Below, piece by piece: positions 37,236-47,772 of a DNA stretch of 64,000 nucleotides (positions are counted from its first letter, which is position 1; every line of letters begins with the position of its first letter). Made by a program: the position numbers and the translations under genes. The notes beneath the pieces are model-generated. The model was not told where the DNA came from and did not search any database. It saw only the letters and a list, made by a program, of their open reading frames with translations. The DNA lies in NCBI RefSeq assembly GCF_013122565.1, contig NZ_CP053258.1; one strand, given 5' to 3'. The stretch comes from Escherichia coli (GTDB lineage: Bacteria; Pseudomonadota; Gammaproteobacteria; Enterobacterales; Enterobacteriaceae).

Positions 37236-37409
37236 TTAGATATTGTAGATCGCAAACAATAACGAGTTACGCTGTTTGTTTAGAATGCACTTCCTGATGC
37301 TGTGGATACGCATATTTCGGCGCGATTGCCCCTCAAGCCAACGCGATTTACGTCGGCTAGCCTGACGCTGCATGCGCCAGCGCCCCACTTCCGTTCTACT
37401 CCGCTTCAT
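37236..37409 (-). CDS. yciY: Small Arg-rich protein (57 aa)
   Basis: Internal Met of the 94-aa ORF gives MKRSRTEVGRWRMQRQASRRKSRWLEGQSRRNMRIHSIRK...; assignment from memory of a small gene between kch and cls. Confidence 0.5.
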   Translation of the reverse strand: MKRSRTEVGRWRMQRQASRRKSRWLEGQSRRNMRIHSIRKCILNKQRNSLLFAIYNI

Positions 37410-37551
37410 GTTAACTACTCTATGCAATAACAGAATGGTCATTATACCCCCGCCCCCGACGCTGACCAGTGCTTTTCCCGCGTTTTTATTTGCCAGATGA
37501 ATCCATATGCGTAAACTCATAACAATGCGCTTTCAAAAGGATTTCTAATCT

Positions 37552-39376
<1,825 letters not shown>

Positions 39377-39387
39377 CGCTTGCAATC

Positions 39388-39413
39388 GGATGTGACGCAG
39401 CTGCGTCACATCC
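39388..39413. terminator. Perfect 26-bp palindrome between convergent yciU and the channel ORF
   Basis: ggatgtgacgcag / ctgcgtcacatcc, exact reverse complements; starts 12 nt after the yciU stop and contains the TGA stop of the minus-strand channel ORF; no T-run on either side, so terminator function is inferred. Confidence 0.5.
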
Positions 39414-40275
39414 GCTCTTCATTTTCCACATCTACCTTTTCCCTCCCCAGTTCATTGCCACAAATACGACAATACTTCGCATCCTGTGCATGATTTTGGG
39501 TATTGCATTTAGGACAACAGAGAAGTTTTTTAGTCTGTTCAAGTTCGCTGGTGAGTTGCGCAGTAATAATCCCCGTCGGAATTGCAATGACTGAGTAGCC
39601 AATTAAGATTAATACTGAGGCCACCATCCTTCCTGCCTCTGTATGCGGCGTAATATCCCCATATCCAACGGTAGTCACAGTCACTATCGCCCAGTAAACC
39701 GCTGTACCCAACGAGTTAAATCCGTTTGATGCGCCTTCTATAGCGTACATTAACGCCCCAGCGACGATCATCACAATTGCAATAAATGCATAAAAAAGAA
39801 TCAACTGATGTCGGGCATTTTTTATCGCCCGCCATAAACTGTTTAAGGCAGGCATAAAGCGAAGCAGGCGCAAAATTCGCAACGCGCGAATAGCTCTCAT
39901 CGCTCGCCAGGCAAATAAATAAGTAAAACCAATTTCAGGCCATAGCCACATAACATACAGCGGCAAAATGGTGGTCAGATCGATAATTCCCCAAAAGCTA
40001 AAAACATAACTTACCGGATTCGGCCAGCTTAATATCCGCAGGAAATACTCGATGGTGAAAATTAAGGTAAAGAAGAGTTCCACCCAGACAAAGATATGCC
40101 ATTCGTCGTAGGTTAACTGAAATTGCGATCCAATACCGGATTCTATGAAAACAACGCCAACACTTAACAATGCGAGAAAACCAAACAGCGCCTCGCATCG
40201 TCTACCGGTTTTTGTATGCCGATCAAAAAGAAAATGATAAAACCGCTGACGATAGCCTGAAAGTTGTCCTGTCAC
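39406..40275 (-). CDS. Kv-type voltage-gated K+ channel homologue (6 TM, charged S4, TVGYGD filter) with C-terminal Cys4 zinc-ribbon tail
   Basis: 289 aa; GTG start 5 nt after SD GGGAGG; S4 segment RAMRAIRALRILRLLRF with Arg at every third position; acidic countercharges in S2 and S3; pore AIVTVTTVGYGDITP; tail CCPKC...CRIC; not remembered at this position in K-12. Confidence 0.8.
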   Translation of the reverse strand: MTGQLSGYRQRFYHFLFDRHTKTGRRCEALFGFLALLSVGVVFIESGIGSQFQLTYDEWHIFVWVELFFTLIFTIEYFLRILSWPNPVSYVFSFWGIIDLTTILPLYVMWLWPEIGFTYLFAWRAMRAIRALRILRLLRFMPALNSLWRAIKNARHQLILFYAFIAIVMIVAGALMYAIEGASNGFNSLGTAVYWAIVTVTTVGYGDITPHTEAGRMVASVLILIGYSVIAIPTGIITAQLTSELEQTKKLLCCPKCNTQNHAQDAKYCRICGNELGREKVDVENEERM

Positions 40276-40286
40276 CTGCGCCTCCC

Positions 40287-40317
40287 ATGAAAAAGGGCCG
40301 GCAATTGACCAGCCCTT
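40287..40317 (-). terminator. Intrinsic terminator after oppF
   Basis: Minus-strand hairpin AAGGGCTGG-TCAATTG-CCGGCCCTT followed by TTTTT, 8 nt after the oppF stop and directly abutting the SD of the channel ORF. Confidence 0.6.
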
Positions 40318-40324
40318 AACCGCT

Positions 40325-41329
40325 TTATAACGGATCGACTTTCAGGCAAGAAACGGCGTGTCTGAAACTCCCCTCCAGCACAGGACGTGTTTTGGCACAC
40401 TCCGGACCGGCAATCGGGCAACGGGTACGGAAAACACAACCGGAAGGCGGGTTGATCGGCGACGGTAATTCCCCTTCCAGTAACTGGATGGTTTTGTTCT
40501 TCTCCAGATCCGGATCAGGTATGGGGACTGCCGACATCAATGCCCGGGTGTAAGGATGTAGTGGATTGTGGTAGACCTCATCATAGGTCCCCAGTTCTAC
40601 CGCATGGCCGAGATACATCACTAACACACGATCGGAAATGTGTTTTACCACGGCCAGGTCGTGAGCGATAAAAATTAATGACAATCCCATCTCACGTTGC
40701 AACTGCTGGAGCAGGTTGACCACCTGCGCCTGAATTGACACGTCCAGCGCCGACACCGGCTCATCACAGATAATCAGCTTCGGTTCAAGAATAAGAGCAC
40801 GAGCAATCCCGATACGCTGGCACTGCCCACCGGAAAATTCATGCGGATAGCGGTTAATCAGGTTAGGCAATAACCCGACTTTCAGCATCATCGCCTTCAC
40901 GCGCTCGCGAACTTCCTGGCGTGACATTTTCGGATGATAGGTACGCAGCGGTTCAGCGATAATCTCACCGATGGTCATACGCGGGTTTAGTGATGCTAAC
41001 GGATCCTGGAAAATCATCTGAATATCACTGCGAACGGCACGCCATTCATCGGGCTTCATGCCCAGCAACTCTTTACCTAACCAAGCAACATGACCGTCGG
41101 TCGCCTTGACCAAACCGATGATGGCGCGAGCAAAGGTGGACTTACCGCATCCCGATTCCCCTACCACACCTAATGTTTCCCCTTCATACAGGCGAAGAGT
41201 GACACCATCGACGGCTTTGAGCGTTTTCGGCGGTTGCCAGAACCACTGCTTGCCATCTTTGATTTCAAAGTGCACTTTTAGATCGGCGATTTCGAGGAGG
41301 ACTTTTCTTCCTTCGGTTACAGCATTCAT
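40325..41329 (-). CDS. oppF: Oligopeptide ABC transporter ATP-binding protein
   Basis: 334 aa; Walker A GESGCGKST; ABC signature and C-terminal oligopeptide-type extension. Confidence 0.95.
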   Translation of the reverse strand: MNAVTEGRKVLLEIADLKVHFEIKDGKQWFWQPPKTLKAVDGVTLRLYEGETLGVVGESGCGKSTFARAIIGLVKATDGHVAWLGKELLGMKPDEWRAVRSDIQMIFQDPLASLNPRMTIGEIIAEPLRTYHPKMSRQEVRERVKAMMLKVGLLPNLINRYPHEFSGGQCQRIGIARALILEPKLIICDEPVSALDVSIQAQVVNLLQQLQREMGLSLIFIAHDLAVVKHISDRVLVMYLGHAVELGTYDEVYHNPLHPYTRALMSAVPIPDPDLEKNKTIQLLEGELPSPINPPSGCVFRTRCPIAGPECAKTRPVLEGSFRHAVSCLKVDPL

Positions 41330-42339
41330 AACAGTTCCTCCACCGGTTTAAAGCAAGCACGCAGACGGCCAGGCGTAAACTCTTCCAGTGGCGGTGCGCT
41401 ACTACAAATTTCCATCGCATGTGGACAACGTGGCTGGAACGGGCAACCTTTCGGTAATCGCAGCAAGTTTGGTGGATTACCCGGGATGGTCAACATTGTT
41501 TCACCTTCCGCATCGAGACGCGGCACCGCGTTGAGCAAACCGATAGAATAAGGATGAACGGGTTGATAAAAGACATCGCGCGCGTTGCCATATTCCATCG
41601 TGCGCCCGGCATACATTACCAGCACTTTGTCGCAGATCCCCGCCACCACGCCAAGATCGTGGGTGATCATTATGATGGCGGTATTAAATTCCCGCTTCAG
41701 TTCATTCAATAGCGTCATGATCTGCGCCTGTACGGTGACGTCCAGCGCAGTAGTGGGTTCATCCGCAATCAGCAGCTTAGGTCGACATAGCAATGCCATC
41801 GCAATCATGACTCGCTGACGCATGCCGCCAGAAAATTCGTGCGGGTACATTTTCATGCGTTTACGCGCTTCCGGCATTTTTACCGCATCGAGCATCCGCA
41901 CCGACTCTTCAAACGCCTCAGCTTTGCTCATGTTCTTATGCAGCATCAGCACTTCCATTAACTGCTCACCGACACGCATATAGGGATTCAACGAAGTCAT
42001 TGGGTCCTGAAAAATCATTGAGATTTGTTCAGCGCGCAGTTTATTGAGTTCATGCTCTGGCAAATTGAGGATTTCACGCCCATTGAAGGTTGCCGAACCG
42101 CCAATACGTCCGTTGGCAGCCAACAGGCCCATCAACGCAAATGCAGTTTGCGATTTACCCGAACCAGACTCACCTACAATGCCCAACGTTTCTCCGGCTC
42201 GTAGGGAAAAATTCAAATCATTGACCGCCGTGACGTCGCCGTCCGGGGTACTAAAGGTGACACGCAAATCTTTCACGTTCAGCAGTGCGTCAGCCTGTTG
42301 TTGTGCGAGCGGCACAGTTGCAGTTTCAATTACGCTCAT
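41326..42339 (-). CDS. oppD: Oligopeptide ABC transporter ATP-binding protein
   Basis: 337 aa; Walker A GESGSGKSQT; overlaps oppF start by 4 nt. Confidence 0.95.
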   Translation of the reverse strand: MSVIETATVPLAQQQADALLNVKDLRVTFSTPDGDVTAVNDLNFSLRAGETLGIVGESGSGKSQTAFALMGLLAANGRIGGSATFNGREILNLPEHELNKLRAEQISMIFQDPMTSLNPYMRVGEQLMEVLMLHKNMSKAEAFEESVRMLDAVKMPEARKRMKMYPHEFSGGMRQRVMIAMALLCRPKLLIADEPTTALDVTVQAQIMTLLNELKREFNTAIIMITHDLGVVAGICDKVLVMYAGRTMEYGNARDVFYQPVHPYSIGLLNAVPRLDAEGETMLTIPGNPPNLLRLPKGCPFQPRCPHAMEICSSAPPLEEFTPGRLRACFKPVEELL

Positions 42340-42350
42340 GGCTGCACTCC

Positions 42351-43259
42351 TTAACGATCTTTCGGGTCGAGGGCATCACGCAAGCCATCGCCGATAAAGT
42401 TGAAACAAAACAGCGTCACCACGAGGAATCCCGCTGGGAACAACAGTAACCATGGAGAGACTTCCATCGAGTTCGCGCCATCACTCAGCAATGCACCCCA
42501 GCTGCTTAACGGCTCTTGCGTACCCAACCCCAGAAAGCTAAGGAAAGATTCAAAGAGGATCATGCTGGGCACCAGAAGTGATGCGTAGACCACCACCACA
42601 CCGAGTACATTCGGCACAATGTGGCGAATAACAATGCCCGACGTCGATACACCGCCAACTTGTGCCGCCTCAATAAACTCTTTGCGCTTCAGACTCAGGG
42701 TTTGCCCACGCACAATACGAGCCATATCCAGCCAGGAAACCATGCCTATCGCCACGAAAATCAGCAGGATGTTTTGACCGAAAAAGGTCACCAGCAAAAT
42801 GACGAAGAACATGAATGGGAAGGAGTTGAGGATTTCCAGCAGACGCATCATTACCGAATCCACTTTACCGCCCAGATAACCGGAAAGCGAACCATAAAGT
42901 GTCCCGACGACCACTGCCACCAGTGCCGCAGCAACACCAACCATGAGTGAGATACGCCCGCCAATCGCAACGCGCACAAGCAGGTCGCGACCGGATGAGT
43001 CAGTACCAAAGTAGTGACCGGACTCCATATCCGGGGCGCTGGACATCATCGCCCAGTCAGTATCATCATAGGCAAACTGCGAAAGCATCGGTGCCAGGAT
43101 TACAAATAACGCGATCAGCACCAGCACTATCAGACTGGCAACGGCCGCACGGTTATGCATAAAACGTCGACGTGCGTCCTGCCACAAGCTGCGCCCTTCG
43201 ACCTCCAGCTTTTCACTGAAATTTTCCAGCGTCTCGCTGTTTTTCTTACTTAACATCAT
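42351..43259 (-). CDS. oppC: Oligopeptide ABC transporter permease
   Basis: 302 aa polytopic permease. Confidence 0.95.
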   Translation of the reverse strand: MMLSKKNSETLENFSEKLEVEGRSLWQDARRRFMHNRAAVASLIVLVLIALFVILAPMLSQFAYDDTDWAMMSSAPDMESGHYFGTDSSGRDLLVRVAIGGRISLMVGVAAALVAVVVGTLYGSLSGYLGGKVDSVMMRLLEILNSFPFMFFVILLVTFFGQNILLIFVAIGMVSWLDMARIVRGQTLSLKRKEFIEAAQVGGVSTSGIVIRHIVPNVLGVVVVYASLLVPSMILFESFLSFLGLGTQEPLSSWGALLSDGANSMEVSPWLLLFPAGFLVVTLFCFNFIGDGLRDALDPKDR

Positions 43260-43273
43260 CGCGAGCTCCAGTA

Positions 43274-44194
43274 TCAGTAACGGATTTTCGGGTCGATAAC
43301 CGCATATAGCACATCGACAATGGCATTAAACAAAATGGTTAACGCGCCAACCAGAATGGTCAGACTTAACACTAAGGAATAGTCACGGTTCAATGCGCCA
43401 TTAACGAACAATTGTCCAATCCCCGGCAAACCATAAATGGTTTCGATGACCATAGAACCGGTAATAATGCCGACAAATGCGGGGCCCATATAGGAGAGCA
43501 CGGGTAACAGAGCAGGTTTTAAAGCGTGGCGTAAAATGATCCGCCGCATAGGTAACCCTTTCGCCCGGGCAGTGCGAATAAAGTTGGAGTGCAATACTTC
43601 AATCATAGAGCCACGGGTAATACGCGCAATACTGGCGATATAGGCGAGTGACAACGCCACCATTGGCAGTATCATGAATTTAAGCGCACCACCATTCCAG
43701 CCACCGCCCGGCAGCCAATGCAAAATGATCGCAAATATCATGACTAATAATGGCGCAACCACAAAACTGGGGATAACAACCCCGGTCATTGCCAGCCCCA
43801 TCACGGTATAGTCCCATTTGGTGTTTTGTTTTAATGCGGCAATAACGCCAGCACTAACACCCAGTATTACCGCAAGGAAAAATGCTGCGGCTCCCAGTTT
43901 GGCAGAAACGGGAAAACTGGATGCAACCAGGTCATTGACCGAATAATCTTTATATTTAAACGATGGACCGAAATCGCCATGCGCCAGTTGTTTCAGGTAG
44001 CTGAAATACTGTGTCATGATCGGATCATTAAGATGATATTTCGCTTCGATATTGGCCATTACTTCCGGTGGTAAAGTACGTTCGCCGGTAAAAGGGCTTC
44101 CCGGCGCGAGGCGCATCATAAAGAACGAAATAGTAATAAGAATAAATAGCGTCGGAATCGCTTCCAGACAGCGACGTAGAATAAATTTTAACAT
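43274..44194 (-). CDS. oppB: Oligopeptide ABC transporter permease
   Basis: 306 aa polytopic permease. Confidence 0.95.
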   Translation of the reverse strand: MLKFILRRCLEAIPTLFILITISFFMMRLAPGSPFTGERTLPPEVMANIEAKYHLNDPIMTQYFSYLKQLAHGDFGPSFKYKDYSVNDLVASSFPVSAKLGAAAFFLAVILGVSAGVIAALKQNTKWDYTVMGLAMTGVVIPSFVVAPLLVMIFAIILHWLPGGGWNGGALKFMILPMVALSLAYIASIARITRGSMIEVLHSNFIRTARAKGLPMRRIILRHALKPALLPVLSYMGPAFVGIITGSMVIETIYGLPGIGQLFVNGALNRDYSLVLSLTILVGALTILFNAIVDVLYAVIDPKIRY

Positions 44195-44279
44195 TGCCCT
44201 ACCTTCTGGCCTGTGCCTTCTGTAATGCGATAAAAATCAGACACCGTGGAGCAGGACACTCCTGCCCCACGTATTGCCA

Positions 44280-45911
44280 TTAGTGCTTCACAATGTACAT
44301 ATTCCGGGTGTAGGTATTATCCAGCGGATCTTTGCCGGTATAGCCACCAACCCACGGTTTCACCAGACGCGCATTCACGTAGTAATAAACAGGAACAATG
44401 GCCGAATCCTTATCCAGCTGTTGTTCTGCTTTAGTGTACAGAGCTGTGCGCTGCGCCTCGTCAGTCACTTTCAGCGTTTCCGCCATAATGCTGTCAAAGG
44501 CCGGGCTCTTATAATGCGCGGTATTCATCGAGCTGTTCGACAGCATGGTGTTCAGGAAGGAAGTTGGTTCGTTATAGTCTGCACACCAGCCTGCACGGGC
44601 CACATCAAAAGTGCCCTGATGACGGGTGTCGAGGAACGTTTTCCACTCCTGGTTAACCAGTTTGACGTTTACACCAATGTTTTTCTTCCACAATGAAGAG
44701 GCAGCAATCGCCAGCTTTTTATGCAGATCGGAGGTGTTATACAACAGGTTGATGGTCAACGGTTTGTCTGCGGTATAACCCGCTTCAGCCAGCAGTTTTT
44801 TTGCTTCTTCGTTACGTTTTTCCTGGCTCCAGCCAAACCATTCCGGCTGAGTCAATTTTGCGCCATCAGTATACGGTGGAGTGTAACCATAGGCGGGCAT
44901 GTCGCCCTGTGCTTTCACTTTATTAACAATGATATCGCGGTCCATACCCAGTTTCAGTGCGGTACGCACACGCACATCGTTGAATGGCGGTTTCTGGTTG
45001 TTAATTTCGTAATAGTAAGTGCACAGGTATGGATCAACGTGAACTTCGTCCGGGATCTCTTTTTTCAGCTTCTGGAACAATTCGATCGGCATATTGTTAT
45101 ACGTCATGTCGATTTCACCACTACGGTAGCGGTTGACATCAGTAACTTCAGAAGCAATAGGCAAATAGGTTACCTGGTTAATAACGGTTTTCGCGTTGTT
45201 CCAGTAGGTCGGGCTGCGTTCAAGAACGATTCGTTCGTTTACGACCCAATCTTTTAAGGTATAGGCACCGTTGGTGACGATATTACCAGGCTGGGTCCAT
45301 TTTTCGCCGAATTTCTCGATAGCGGCTTTTGGCACCGGTGAAGTTGATGGGTGAACAAGTAATTTATAGAAGTACGGAACGGGTTCACTTAAGGTGACTT
45401 CTAATGTGTGATCATCAATAGCTTTCACGCCGAGATCGGTAATCGGTTTTTTCCCTTCAAGAATTTCATCAATACCGGCGATATGCCCATATTGCAGATA
45501 ACTGGCATACGGAGAAGCGGTGTTTGGATCAACAGAACGTTGCCAGCTATACACAAAGTCTTGTGCTGTGACTGGCGTGCCATCAGACCATTTCGCATCT
45601 TTACGCAAATGGAAGGTCCAGACTTTCGCGTCTTTATTATCCCAGGATTCAGCGACGCCAGGTGCCGGATGACCGTCAAGGTCGCTGACCAGTAAGCCTT
45701 CAAACAGGTCCCGGCTGATATTAGACTCCGGCACACCTTCAATTTTGTGCGGATCTAATGACTGAACTTCTGAACCATTGTTACGTACCAGCGTTTGTTT
45801 TTCCGCCAGTGTGACGCCTGCGGGTACATCAGCTGCCAGCGCGACATTCCCTGCCATTAGCGCAGCCAGAACGCCAGCTGCTACTAAACTTCTCTTGGTG
45901 ATGTTGGTCAT
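44280..45911 (-). CDS. oppA: Periplasmic oligopeptide-binding protein
   Basis: Start at internal Met giving 543 aa MTNITKRSLVAAGVLAALMAGNVALA... (signal peptide); family 5 solute-binding protein. Confidence 0.95.
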   Translation of the reverse strand: MTNITKRSLVAAGVLAALMAGNVALAADVPAGVTLAEKQTLVRNNGSEVQSLDPHKIEGVPESNISRDLFEGLLVSDLDGHPAPGVAESWDNKDAKVWTFHLRKDAKWSDGTPVTAQDFVYSWQRSVDPNTASPYASYLQYGHIAGIDEILEGKKPITDLGVKAIDDHTLEVTLSEPVPYFYKLLVHPSTSPVPKAAIEKFGEKWTQPGNIVTNGAYTLKDWVVNERIVLERSPTYWNNAKTVINQVTYLPIASEVTDVNRYRSGEIDMTYNNMPIELFQKLKKEIPDEVHVDPYLCTYYYEINNQKPPFNDVRVRTALKLGMDRDIIVNKVKAQGDMPAYGYTPPYTDGAKLTQPEWFGWSQEKRNEEAKKLLAEAGYTADKPLTINLLYNTSDLHKKLAIAASSLWKKNIGVNVKLVNQEWKTFLDTRHQGTFDVARAGWCADYNEPTSFLNTMLSNSSMNTAHYKSPAFDSIMAETLKVTDEAQRTALYTKAEQQLDKDSAIVPVYYYVNARLVKPWVGGYTGKDPLDNTYTRNMYIVKH

Positions 45912-46647
45912 TGTTTTTTGGACTCCCTCATTATAATTACTGGTAGTAACCAGCATGTGTAATCCCGGATTGGGACCCTGTACAGGCTCGGAGACTTTCT
46001 GCTGTCAGGTTACTTTATCGTTACGGATTGCTATCACCGACTTTATTTATTCTGGTGATTCAGACGATCACCTTATGTCGATTCGTACTGTGTCTCCCCT
46101 GTCGAGACACATTATTCTTTCGCGACGCTCTTTAATTGTTAATTATTCTCATTACCAATAAAAATCGTCTGGCGGTTGCCCGGAAAGTACCAAATGCGCT
46201 TCTTGCTCGCCAATACATTTTGCAAAATTGTTAAGCAATTCTCTTTTATTGACCGCAGCAGAATCTATAGCTTGCATCCATGTCTTAACAAACATCTTTC
46301 AATTCAATCAAATAGAGATTGGTTAAGCATGTCTATCTTTTCTGATTACAGTTCCCGTAGTGAAATGCACAATAATTTAACAATTGATTATTATTTAGCA
46401 CTTTCCTCTGCCAAAGGCAGTGGAATTACTAATATCATTTCAATTATTCTTCAGCAAGCCCAGGATTATGATGTGGTGAAAATAACATGATGGTGAGGAG
46501 AAGCAGTTAAGGAAATCCTTATAACTAACTGTAATTTGAGAAGAATATTTTTACCTATTCCTTTTGCTTTTGATAACTGCGTAGGAACAAAGTAAAAATA
46601 ATGACGAAGTAAACGGAGCATGGCGGCTCCGTTTCATTTGAAAGGAA

Positions 46648-47295
46648 TTAATTAAGCAGGCCGGGGAAAATCCCCTTAATACCAGTAACGATAAATTCAA
46701 TCCCCAATGCCATCAGCAATAGCCCCATAATACGCGTAATCACGTTGATGCCGGTCTGGCGTAAAACCCGTACCAGCCACGGTGCCATGCGGAACAATCC
46801 CCAGCAACATAAAGCGAACAACGCAATAGCCACAAAGAAACCAAACAGATAGCTAATGCTGTGATAACGCGTACCCCAGACGATGGTAGAACTGATCGCC
46901 CCTGGCCCCGCCATCAACGGCAACGCCAATGGCACCACACCAATGCTTTCACGTACCGCGGTTTCTGATTTTTCTTGCTTGTTCTGTTTATCCTCACCAA
47001 GCTTGCCGCTGATCATCGACATCGCTATTGTCACCACCAGGATGCCACCGGCGATACGGAATGAATCAATTGATATACCAAAAAGTTGTAGAATCGTGTC
47101 GCCGAGAAAAAGCGAGATCCACAAGATAATGGCCACAGACAGGTTGGCTGTAAGGTTAGTTTTGTTTCGCGCTGCCGCTGTCTGATAACTGGTCATGCTG
47201 ATAAAGACGGGAATAATCCCTACCGGGTTGACCAGCGCAAATAACCCGATGAAAAATTTGAAGTAAACGGGAAAATCAAAAAGGGTCTGAATCAC
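46648..47295 (-). CDS. ychE: MarC-family inner-membrane protein
   Basis: 215 aa, six predicted TM helices. Confidence 0.88.
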   Translation of the reverse strand: MIQTLFDFPVYFKFFIGLFALVNPVGIIPVFISMTSYQTAAARNKTNLTANLSVAIILWISLFLGDTILQLFGISIDSFRIAGGILVVTIAMSMISGKLGEDKQNKQEKSETAVRESIGVVPLALPLMAGPGAISSTIVWGTRYHSISYLFGFFVAIALFALCCWGLFRMAPWLVRVLRQTGINVITRIMGLLLMALGIEFIVTGIKGIFPGLLN

Positions 47296-47772
47296 GGTTA
47301 GCTCCGAAGCAAAAGCCGGATAATGTTAGCCATAAATAAGGTTGAAAAGACGCGCTGACAATACGCCTTTTGACGGCATTTTTCACCTCCTAACTACTTA
47401 AAATTGCTATCATTCGTTATTGTTATCTGGTTGTGCAAAACATGCTAATGTAGCCACCAAATCATACTACAATTTATTAACTGTTAGCTATAATGGCGAA
47501 AAGCGATGCTGAAAGGTGTCAGCTTTGCAAAAATTTGATTTGGATCACGTAATAAGTACCCAGAAGTGAGTAATCTTGCTTACGCCACCAGGAAGTGACG
47601 CATTAGAGATAAATAGCTCTAATGTTTAAACTCTTTTAGTAAATCACAGCGAGTGTGAGCGCGAGTAAGCTTTTGATTTTCATTGGTTAAGCAAATCATC
47701 ACCGCACTGACTATACTCTCGTATTCGAGCAGATGATTTACTAAAAAAGTTTAACATTATCAGGAGAGCATT

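Noticed and set aside
46176-46490. 104-aa ORF in the oppA-ychE interval as a gene
   Set aside because: No SD, AT-rich low-complexity translation, and it lies in what is most likely the oppA leader or promoter region.
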